This document shows, piece by piece, positions 21,229 to 30,880 of a stretch of DNA of 34,798 nucleotides. Numbering within the stretch: position 1 is the first letter of the stretch; each line of letters begins with the position of its first letter. Source of the DNA: Octopus bimaculoides (taxonomy: Eukaryota); assembly GCF_001194135.2 (NCBI RefSeq), contig NC_068987.1, positions 91,263,831 through 91,298,628 of the forward strand, read 5' to 3'. The position numbers and the translations under genes are program-made. Below the pieces are notes generated by a model that worked only from the letters and a program-made list of their open reading frames with translations, did not search any database and was not told the DNA's origin.

Positions 21229-21528
21229 TCACATTCACTCACTCCTTATACAATCTCTCACTCAATCACTTCTTTATTCTCAAATCGATATGTATTTTCT
21301 CGCTCAGACAGGTCTTAAACATTCACGTATTCGCTTCGCTCTCTTTCCCTCTCCTCACTCACTCATTCACTCACATTCACTCACTCCTTATACAATCTCT
21401 CACTCAATCACTTCTTTATTCACAAGAGTTCGATCACTCAAATCGATATGTATTTTCTCGCTCAGACAGGTCTTAAACATTCACGTATTCGCTTCGCTCT
21501 CTTTCCCTCTCCTCACTCACTCATTCAC
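21229..21528 (+). repeat. Recent tandem duplication (142-bp and 158-bp units)
   Basis: 21229-21370 and 21371-21528 look identical except for a 16-bp indel, cacaagagttcgatca (21421-21436). Confidence 0.9.
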
Positions 21529-21850
21529 TCAGTCACTCAGTCACTCAGTCACTCACTCACTTACTCACTCACTCAGTCACTCAGTCACTCACTCACTCGC
21601 TCACTCACTCACTAACTCATTCACTCACTCACTCACACACTCTCTCACTCACTCAGACACTCGCTCACTCACTCACTCACTCACTCACTCACTCACTCAC
21701 ACACTCACTCACTCAGTCACTCACTCACTCACTCACTCACTCACTCACTCACTCAGTCACTCACTCACTCACTCACTCACTCACTCACTGACTCCCTCGG
21801 TCTCTCCCTCCTTCAATCACTCACTCACACTTTCACTCTCACTCAAATTA
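21505..21850 (+). repeat. (TCAC)n microsatellite
   Basis: Direct reading. Confidence 0.95.
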
Positions 21851-22529
21851 CTACATGAGTCACACACTCATAACTTCTATCCTCTTCTTTCCTCTCTTCC
21901 TTTGCTGTTTTCATCTTCAATCTCTTTATGACTGTAAGTTTGTGTGCGTGTGTGTGTGTGTGTGAGTATGCATGCGTGTGTGTGTGAGTATGCATGTGTG
22001 TGTGTGTGAGTAAGTCTCTGTGTGTATAGGTCTACGAATTTATGTATTTACGTGTGTGTGCGTGTGTTTGTGTGTGTGTAATTCTTCATTTTACACATCA
22101 TTTCTCACAATTCTCTCCCTTCACACGATTACATCTCCCTCTCCCAATCCATCCTTTTCCCTCTTCTTACCTCAACAGCTCCACTTCCTCTCCTCTCTCT
22201 CTCACTCTCACTCTCACTCTCACTCTCTCACTCTCACTCTCACTCTCTCTCTCTGTCACGTGCCCCTCTCTCCCTCTTATCTTCGCTTTCGTCATTCTTC
22301 TCTGATACCAACATTTCTTATGTGCATGAAAGCACAAATAATTTGAAACCGAAAATGTAATAAAATGAAACGAATAAAACATACAAAAAAGAAAAGCAAA
22401 AAAAAAAAAACTATCCAAAAATACAAAAATACAAGCTTTAAACACCAACAGTCACAAAAAACCCCCAGAAATAACAGAAACAACAACAGCAAAAAACACT
22501 AATGCGATTACCAACCAAAAAGTAACTAC

Positions 22530-22642
22530 AACAAATATATATATATATATGTGTGTATATATATATGTGTGTATGTATATATATGTATATATATATGCAT
22601 ACATATATATATATACATACATATATATATATACATATATAT

Positions 22643-22674
<32 letters not shown>

Positions 22675-22684
22675 GTATATATAG

Positions 22685-22726
<42 letters not shown>

Positions 22727-23148
22727 NNNNNNNNNNNNNNNNNNNNNNNNNNNNNNNNNNNNNNNNNNNNNNNNNNNNNNNNNNNNNNNNNNNNNNNNNN
22801 NNNNNNNNNNNNNNNNNNNNNNNNNNNNNNNNNNNNNNNNNNNNNNNNNNNNNNNNNNNNNNNNNNNNNNNNNNNNNNNNNNNNNNNNNNNNNNNNNNNN
22901 NNNNNNNNNNNNNNNNNNNNNNNNNNNNNNNNNNNNNNNNNNNNNNNNNNNNNNNNNNNNNNNNNNNNNNNNNNNNNNNNNNNNNNNNNNNNNNNNNNNN
23001 NNNNNNNNNNNNNNNNNNNNNNNNNNNNNNNNNNNNNNNNNNNNNNNNNNNNNNNNNNNNNNNNNNNNNNNNNNNNNNNNNNNNNNNNNNNNNNNNNNNN
23101 NNNNNNNNNNNNNNNNNNNNNNNNNNNNNNNNNNNNNNNNNNNNNNNN

Positions 23149-23180
<32 letters not shown>

Positions 23181-23192
23181 CATAAACATGTA

Positions 23193-23220
<28 letters not shown>
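22530..23220 (+). repeat. Compound TA/TACA/TG microsatellite spanning a gap
   Basis: Direct reading. Confidence 0.95.
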
Positions 23221-23223
<3 letters not shown>

Positions 23224-23587
23224 TTATGGTGTGTTTGTGTAACGACACAGGAGAAAACAAATACGATACCAACAAGAGCATCAACAAGATGAAAAGGGGA
23301 GAAAGAAGGATAAAACAAAAAATAATTCGTTAAAATAAACCTAGGAATCGCGTCACACTACACACACACACACACACACAGGCACCTACACACACACATA
23401 CGCACACACACATATACACACACATACACACGCACACACATACACATTCACACCCACATGCACACACGTACACAATTGTACGCACAATCATATACATTAT
23501 TCTATTCTAGCAAAGTCACAGAAAGTTATACACAAACACATTTATATATTATACAAACATATACATACACACCATCGCGCACACACA

Positions 23588-23671
<84 letters not shown>

Positions 23672-24874
23672 TATTTATGCACACATGTATATATCTATCT
23701 ATCTATATATATATATATGCGCTCATTGTATATATGTATATATGTAAGTGTAGATATATATATCTATGCATATATACATACACACAAGCATATAACGTGT
23801 GTGTTTGTGCATGAAAATAAATGTATAAGTATACAGACAACCACACGCATAAATACACATCCATATATATATTACACACACATATACACATACACACACA
23901 TGCGCGCGCGCACGCAAGACAAAACAAAGAAGAAAAAGCAAACCCAAAACAAAGCCGCCATTTTTTTCAACAAGCGAAAATTTATCAGGCGAGAGGTTAA
24001 ACAGCGTTTCTGCCATTTCAAGCCTTGTCAGCTTCGGCTTTGCTTTTCTCATTTATTTTTTCCTTTTCTATGATTTTGTCAGATTTTTTTTCTATCTCTG
24101 CTCATCAAAGTGGGTTGGTGTGGATTTTAAAGCGATGAGATTTTAATTCCAGGACGCTACTTATTTCAAATTAACGACTATCCAACCATCGGCTTTATAG
24201 AAGTTCCAGGATTTCTGGCTGACAGCCATTCTCTGATGAGTTTTATGTTTTGCCCCTTTTTTTGGGAACCAATATTCATAAATAAATCCGATACTGCCCC
24301 GGACAACATACACGATCCATAACATGTAGGAGCTTCCAAGAATGTATGTTTATTTCGGGGTTCTTACAGTGTGTATGTGTGTGTGTGTGTGACTGTATGT
24401 GTGTATATGTGTGGGTATGTGTAAGTATGTGTATATGTGTGCGTAACTGCGCTTATGCAATATATATCAATATATATATATATAGTTATTAATAATGATT
24501 TATATATATATATTATATATATATATATATATATNNNNNNNNNNNNNNNNNNNNNNNNNNNNNNNNNNNNNNNNNNNNNNNNNNNNNNNNNNNNNNNNNN
24601 NNNNNNNNNNNNNNNNNNNNNNNNNNNNNNNNNNNNNNNNNNNNNNNNNNNNNNNNNNNNNNNNNNNNNNNNNNNNNNNNNNNNNNNNNNNNNNNNNNNN
24701 NNNNNNNNNNNNNNNNNNNNNNNNNNNNNNNNNNNNNNNNNNNNNNNNNNNNNNNNNNNNNNNNNNNNNNNNNNNNATATATATATATATATATATAGTC
24801 ATTAATAATGATAAGAAGACGGAGATTTTTCACATGCATAATTTTATTTAACAGTTATTTACAGCATTTTTACG

Positions 24875-24960
24875 GGACCTACATATGTTTCAACTGCAGC
24901 GACTAAACCCTGTTGGATATGCAATTTAGCATCATGGTCGGAGCAGTTTCATTAGGGTCC
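24875..24960 (-). ncRNA. Type I hammerhead ribozyme fold (core CUAAUGA, a G5A change predicted to inactivate it)
   Basis: Minus strand: GGACC-CTAATGA-AACTGC-(45 nt)-GCAGTT-GAAA-CATATG-TA-GGTCC. Stem I has 5 bp, stem II 6 bp, stem III is the palindrome ACATATGT, and the cleavage triplet is GUA. Confidence 0.75.
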
Positions 24961-25011
24961 TTACACTCTGCTGTTTCGATGCATATATACATACATACAT
25001 ACATACATACA

Positions 25012-25043
<32 letters not shown>

Positions 25044-25249
25044 AATAGATGTGTGTATTTTTCCCTTGCTAACAATTAACACGGAAGAAATAAATAAATA
25101 GTTACCAGAGTAGGAAAAAATCACACAAGTAAAAAGGTTGTAACTCCTCGTTTTTAAAGCTAGAAACTTCGGGTTTACGTGAAATATTTTGTATAATATA
25201 TATAAATAAATAAATGGAGTTAAACGCAGGTGTTCAAATTATTATTTTA

Positions 25250-25336
25250 CTTCCGACACAGGTTTCGAAGATATCACTGGTATTATTTCAAAGGAATAAA
25301 ATGGTGTAAAACAATGTAATCTTCCCTTCAAGGAAA
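25250..25336 (-). ncRNA. Degenerate type I hammerhead fold (core TTGAAGG instead of CTGAAGA)
   Basis: Minus strand: TTTCC-TTGAAGG-GAAGAT-(46 nt)-ATCTTC-GAAA-CCTGT-GTC-GGAAG. It lies about 365 nt downstream of the PLE stop codon on the same strand. Confidence 0.55.
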
Positions 25337-25699
25337 GGAAGAAATGAAACTCGTCAATTAGACATTTTAACAGAAAATGATGGATATGTATAGTGATTAA
25401 CTGAACGCTACTAAGTTTGTTTAAAAAAAAAACGTTAGAAGATATAACGCCAAAGGTAGCCTATAGAAAGAGGAGGGGTAATGTATTTATATTTTTGTAT
25501 GTGTAAAGTAACAGTTTAGAATAAACCATTGGCTTCATATCTAGCGTGAACTAGACATATCTTAAGTCTCTCTAAACGATAACTGTTCTCTGCAAAGAAT
25601 GTCTTTTTTTTTTAAAAACACAAGAACGCCGGTGATAGTTCAAGAAATGTACCCCTTAAAAAATTGTGGACGGGCGAGTTGTCTTCCTTCGCTTGATAG

Positions 25700-26085
25700 C
25701 TAAGTTTTCCAATTTTGAAGTAAAAATTTCCGAAAATGTGGACAACTCCCCACGGTTTCCTTCCTGGAGTTCAGGTAGCCTCCTGGTTCATGTGAGCTCA
25801 TAAGGATTATATATTTTTTTGCCATACACAATTTACATAGTCTTCTTCCATTGCAATAGGGTCCGCAAGTTTCCAATAATTTCCACCTGATGTTAAAGGG
25901 CGTATGATCGTCCTTTAGTCGCCATACGTATGCTGCGAGTGTCGTTGTGTTGCGTCTCTCCGGGACCCTGAACGAAGACCTGTGGTTGTTCAGGCGAATT
26001 TTAAATTTAAATTCACAAGATCCGACATAAATTTTAGTGTGTCCCTGTGTTGGCATTGGTGTTACTGATATTTAGACTTCTTCTG
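25700..26085 (-). mobile_element. Penelope-like GIY-YIG endonuclease domain with CxxC...CxH motif
   Basis: KIYVGSCEFKFKIRLNNHRSSF...TTLAAYVWRLKD...FNIRWKLL...CKLCMAKKYII...LNSRKE...CPHFRKFLL*. Confidence 0.9.
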
Positions 26086-26092
26086 TTTGTGG

Positions 26093-26395
26093 CTACCTTT
26101 GATTGGTACACTGTAGGGCTTTTGGTTGTAAATCCTTCTTTAGTTTGTGAATGTTGAGTTGTAGGGCACGTTGAAAGCCTATATTAATTAGTGAAGGTGG
26201 GTAGTTCCTGATGATGAGTGTATCCTTTAGTTCATGTAGTCGTGTGTCTCCGGTGTATATATTAGAAACTATAGTACAAATCCTTTTTGCCAGGTTGAAG
26301 AGAATATTCATTCTAGTGAGTCTGGAATAGCATGAGTTGAACGGTAGATATTGGTTGGAGTCCGTGAGTTTATAATGTGTCTGTTTCTATTTTGT
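26093..26395 (-). mobile_element. Penelope-like reverse transcriptase thumb fragment
   Basis: TDTHYKLTDSNQYLPFNSCYSRLTRMNILFNLAKRICTIVS...RLHELKDTLIIRNYPPSLINIGFQRAL matches the PLE YxKPTD..QYL...SCHP...NIP..LARRICTIV motif. Confidence 0.85.
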
Positions 26396-26397
26396 TA

Positions 26398-26441
<44 letters not shown>

Positions 26442-26987
26442 GAATATATATATATATAATTTAACATATACTGTTTATAAAAGAGCTATTAATAGTTTCC
26501 ACGCTTTACAGATATAACAATTTGGTAGATGTATATAACATGCTTAGACAAGGCATGTTATATAAATCTACCAAACTATTGTGTCTTTTGAGCATGGAAT
26601 TATTAGTAGGTCTTTTGTAAATTGTGTTGCGCAAGGCTTTTCCTTACTTTAAAAAGCTTCATGTCCAGTCATCGCTGGATTTTTAACATCTCTGTTATGT
26701 GTTGCATACTATGGCTGGCTGTAGCCGCAAGCAAAAGGAAAAAAAAAAAAAAGAAAAAGAAAAAATAGAAAAAAGCAAATACTCAATGAAAAATTCCATG
26801 ACAGAATGAAGACATGTGTCATCGTAGGTGTTAAGCTTTCTGTCTGCACACCTGCTCCAAGAGGCGCTCATCATTGTCACATGTATGCAAAAAATTCCTA
26901 GCAAGACTGAAAAGCCACATTTCTACTGCTTATGGTTAAGAGAATAATCAAGCAATGGCATTCCTTGAAATAGAGTTGCTCTTATCA

Positions 26988-27150
26988 TGTATGTATGTAT
27001 GTATGTATGTATGTATGTTTGTTTGTATGTATGTTTGTATGTATGTATGTATGAATGAATGTATGTATGAATGAATGTATGTATGTATGCATGTATGTAT
27101 GTATGTATGAATGAATGTATGTATGTATGTATGTATGTATGTATGTATGT
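26988..27150 (+). repeat. (TATG)n microsatellite with TTTG and AATG variants
   Basis: Direct reading. Confidence 0.95.
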
Positions 27151-27358
27151 ATATATATATATAAATATGTCTGTATGTATAAACTATTTCTCTCTCTCTG
27201 TGTCTATATATATATATATGTGTATGTAGTGTGCGTATGTTGTGTGTGACTTTGGCCGTGTGTGTAGGTTCATATGAAATGTATATCTTAATTTTAAAAA
27301 AAATGATTCCTATTGTATATTTATTATTTTATATTTCGACATATATCCTTATCGGACG

Positions 27359-27379
27359 TGCCACGGTTGCCGTGGCAAC
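27359..27379. promoter_or_regulatory. RFX X-box-like palindrome
   Basis: GTTGCCGTGGCAAC (27366-27379) differs by one base from GTTGCCATGGCAAC and overlaps an 8-bp hairpin, tgccacgg/ccgtggca. Confidence 0.3.
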
Positions 27380-28089
27380 TATGTTATTTCTTCTTGAAGT
27401 ATAAATTTGAAAGCTGAATCAACGGAGAGGAATTACAACCGGTTGAAATCTCTGAGCAGTTTAAATGTAAAAGCTTCCTACATTCAAGTGGCTAAAAATT
27501 GCCAACAGAAGGGCACCTTGGAATCATGAACTGGATGTGGTCCGGTTCCCTTAGAATATAAGAAGTTAAGGGGCAAAACACTTACTGTTCAGCTCTTTTA
27601 CGAGTTTCTTACCACCAGGTCTCTGATTCTGGGATCGTACTGTTAGTAACCTTCGACTCATAGATTAGATTAGAATATATAGCTTGGTCAAAGCAACAAG
27701 TGTAGGAGATGATAAACTGTGAAAGAAAGCCTGGGGAACCTTCGAAGTTCTTGACCTTGTCATTTCATACGTCACACCAATGAACTCTTCTGTGGTCAAG
27801 ATATCGGGGGTTCTGTGCAAGTTATGTCCACTTAAAGTATGCTCGACTGTACTGATACTCATTGTCCTCTACAGGTCCAGTTAACATCAGCTGTATGTTT
27901 GGAAGTAATCTTAAAATGACCTCTAGCCTCATTTGGAATGTCTCAAACAGAACTGACGAACAACAACAAATGTCTAGGAACTACATGTGAACAGGTATAA
28001 CTCAGCTCGTGCCTCACGACAATATAGGTTTGGGCCGGTCGTAATCCTTCTACTGTGGTTAATCGACAACACAGGAAGGCTACACCCTC

Positions 28090-28520
28090 CATAATATTTG
28101 CTCGTGGAATGTGCGTTCTCTAGTTGATGACAATTTGATTCAAAGATCAGAGAAGAGACTCACACTAGTCAAGAATGAGGCGACAGGATATGCATTAGAG
28201 ATAGTGGGGAAGGCCACTATGATGGAAATAGATTTTGTTACACCTACTATTAGGAAGGTGTAGTAGAAGGTTGATGTAGAGAATCAGATGTTGGCTTCAC
28301 TGTTAGAAACCATCGCGTCTCAACTTTTGAATATTATCCCAATGATTCCACAGAACGTATTACGTCGTGTCGTCTGCATCGGAAGAAACGGAGATATCTC
28401 ACAATAATAAGTGTTTAATCAGCCATAATATCACATACAGAAACATCCATAGAACAGTTCTACAAGGAACTTGGAAAACCAGTGAGAAATGTGCCAGCTG
28501 TAAGTAATTATGGGTGACTA
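28090..28520 (+). mobile_element. Decayed RTE-clade LINE apurinic-type endonuclease N-terminus; about 27500-28090 may be its 5' UTR
   Basis: WNVRSLVDDNLIQRSEKRLTLVKNE / YTYY*EG...RESDVGFTVRN...ERITSCRL...RYLTIISV*...EQFYKEL...VRNVP / IMGD follows the RTE EN motif order WNVRTL, GVGF, TIISAYAP, FY..L, IxGDFNA. Confidence 0.8.
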
Positions 28521-29193
28521 GAAATATCTAGAAAGCACTCTATGTTGGACGAACTTGGTCAACTACATCAGATACCAATGAATTCAAATAGAATAATTCC
28601 TCTAAGTATTTCCTCATGTATGACAAATAAATCCAAATATCGCTCAGAAGAATTTCGAGAAATTCGGAGTATAAGAGAATAAGATTGGAGAAAATCACAC
28701 CTCTAATTGATGATTACAACATCGTTTCTATTGTGATAACATATTTAGACATAGGAAAAAAGTACAACATACCGATCAAACTAATGTACCAGAAAATATA
28801 TGCTGACACAACGTTATCAAGGCTATCTAAAATTATCTAAAGATAATTTTCCTGAACTAGATTTTGATACTTCAGATAAAGGTAATTCCGACTATGAAAT
28901 TGATAATACCTTTAAGAGAACACCTTGTAATAATCTTGCTTTAACACCTAATACTGAGAGTAGAATTAGTACTAATTTCTTTAACCATGAGTATCACATA
29001 CGTGTAAAAACAAAATTATGTGTCCACTAGAAAATCAGTGTTTAAGGAAGAATGTAGAATGTCAAAGTAAGGCCGTTGCAAGGGATCGAACGTAATATTA
29101 TATAGGTTCTTCTGTCATAATTTGGAAATCTAGATTACGTAATCATTCTTTATTTAAATTTAAAACAAAATGTAATTACATTATTTACGCCAA

Positions 29194-29250
29194 TTTTAGT
29201 TTTCGTATTTTCCAGTGGTGTTCCCTGTCTCTTATTTTAACGTTATCCCA
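29194..29250 (-). mobile_element. Inverted, diverged copy of the PLE endonuclease C-terminus
   Basis: Reverse complement encodes WDNVKIRDREHHWKIRKLK and forms an imperfect 57-bp inverted repeat with 29261-29317 around a 10-nt spacer. Confidence 0.85.
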
Positions 29251-29457
29251 TCTCTCCCTGTGGGATGAAGTCAAAATAATAGACAGAGAACAACACTGGA
29301 AAATACGGAAACTAAAAGAAGCAGCACATATGCTAGGACACAACAACCTCCTAAGCAGACCGAGTGCAGATATGAATAGCATATGGGAACCAGTATTAAG
29401 GAAGGATAGGAAAATATTAGATTTATGAGCTCTACAATTCATTCCATAATTGCTCAC

Positions 29458-29532
29458 GGGCATATGGCGCAGTGGTTAAGGGTGCGGGCTACTAACCCCA
29501 AGATTCCGAGTTCGATTCCAGGCTGTGACCTG
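29458..29532 (+). promoter_or_regulatory. tRNA-derived Pol III internal promoter (tRNA-Ser-like, not a complete tRNA)
   Basis: A box TGGCGCAGTGG 29465-29475, B box GAGTTCGATTCC 29508-29519, and an anticodon-like loop ggg-CTACTAA-ccc. No long variable arm. Confidence 0.7.
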
Positions 29533-29601
29533 AATGATAATAATAATAATTACATCGAAAAATACCTTAGGAATGAGAACCCAGGTTCGAAATTTCTCCA
29601 A

Positions 29602-29647
29602 GACACCTAATGAAGGCTGGAGGTTATATCAGCCGAAACGTTGTGTT
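29602..29647 (+). ncRNA. Minimal type I hammerhead ribozyme fold (PLE type, dimer-dependent stem III), core CUAAUGA (G5A)
   Basis: GACAC-CTAATGA-A-GGCTG-(10 nt)-CAGCC-GAAA-CGT-T-GTGTT. Stem I is GACAC/GUGUU, stem II is GGCUG/CAGCC, and stem III is the palindrome ACGU. Confidence 0.75.
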
Positions 29648-30199
29648 AACAACAAACAAGATGAGGACAAATATCTGTCAAATGTAAATAGTGCACATAA
29701 TTCCTCATCTCTTAAATATAGAACTGAAAATGTAATTATACGAATCTTAGCAAATGCATTTTTGTCTTTAAAAGTCAGGAATATTAACGATGATATAAAG
29801 TGTTCCATTATTAGTTACGCTGACTGTCTTCGGCAACAGCTGGGAGGCAACTCTTCTTTTCCTCCTGGAAAATATGTCATAACTTTTAATAACCTTTGCC
29901 TTTTAATTCTGGTTTTCATCACTACTGGATGAACCAGGATTATATATTCACTTCCAACATAACAGAGGTTATGCGCTTCCGACCAGAGTGCAATAAAAGG
30001 CACGAAACCGTCGGTAACCTTCTGACTAGTTATATGCTATAACCAGGAATATACCGATCAACATTATAAAAATATAACCGCCCAGTTTTTCATTTAGAGT
30101 GTGTTTTTCCTGAAATTATGGAGAACTAACCGATATATATATATATATGGATGGATGTATGTGTGTGTGTAACACACACTTGTCTGCTTTCTTTCCGAC

Positions 30200-30320
30200 T
30201 TTTCTTCTGAGTTCAAATTCCACACAAGCGTATATTACTTCTCATCCTTCCGCGGTTTTCCATAAAATAAAGCACCAATCACGAACTAGGGTCAATTCAG
30301 TCCACTTGGGATCTGGTCAT
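30200..30320 (+). mobile_element. Degenerate SINE family B
   Basis: ttctgagttcaaattcc...ctcatccttccgcgg...ataaaataaagcaccaa...actagggtcaat. Confidence 0.55.
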
Positions 30321-30559
30321 CCTGTATTCCCCATTGGTAGGGGAGTAATCGACGGCAAAACTGCTGGCGCACGACAGAAGGTTAAATGCTGTATTGGGTA
30401 GAATGACCCGCAGTTACATCTGAATTACCCACAACCTATAAGATTGTCTACATCCCCCCCCCCATCCTTGCGCACACAATCACACACACTATTATTATTC
30501 ACTTGCGCAAAGACGCAGAAAGAACTCATTCAGATGGATAGCATAGAAAAAGATAAAAT

Positions 30560-30880
30560 CTATTCACACACACATACGCACACACATACTCACACACAGA
30601 TATGTGTATGTGTGTGTGTGCGTATGTGTGTGTGCGTATGTGTGTGTGTGCGTATGTGTGTGTGTGCGTATGTGTGTGTGTGCGTATGTGTGTGTGTGCG
30701 TATGTGTGTGTGTGCGTATGTGTGTAAATGTCTATATGTGTGCGTGTAGGCATATATATGCATGTATATATATATATATATATATATACATATGTATATA
30801 TTTGTATATATATGTTTATATTTTTATATACGTATATATTTGTTGTATGTGTGTGCGTGTGTGTGTAAGTGTATGAAACT
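30560..30880 (+). repeat. Compound CA / CGTATGTGTG / TA microsatellite
   Basis: Direct reading. Confidence 0.9.

Larger units (their letters stand above)
29261..29730 (+). mobile_element. Penelope-like element 3' end / pseudo-LTR containing a tRNA-like segment and a hammerhead fold
   Basis: Uninterrupted WDEVKIIDREQHWKIRKLKEAAHMLGHNNLLSRPSADMNSIWEPVLRKDRKILDL* (stop 29426-29428) fits the PLE EN C-terminus (W....ILD.E.....R..KEA), followed by the UTR features listed separately. Confidence 0.8.

Noticed and set aside
24225-24320. CTGATGA followed by a hairpin and CGATAC, a possible hammerhead
   Set aside because: GAAA is broken, the 5' arm of stem II is incomplete, and there is no stem I complementarity.
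24481-24812. 19-bp direct repeat (tatagt[t/c]attaataatgat) on both sides of a gap, resembling a TSD
   Set aside because: Most simply explained by overlapping contig ends or alleles around a TA tract; nothing is visible between them.
27500-28090. Possible HDV-like ribozyme in the putative RTE 5' UTR
   Set aside because: RTE elements are known to carry these, but I could not fold a nested double pseudoknot by eye; an RNArobo or Infernal search is needed.
29458-29532. Functional tRNA gene
   Set aside because: It has A and B boxes and an anticodon-like loop, but the acceptor stem and variable arm do not form; treated as a tRNA-derived promoter.
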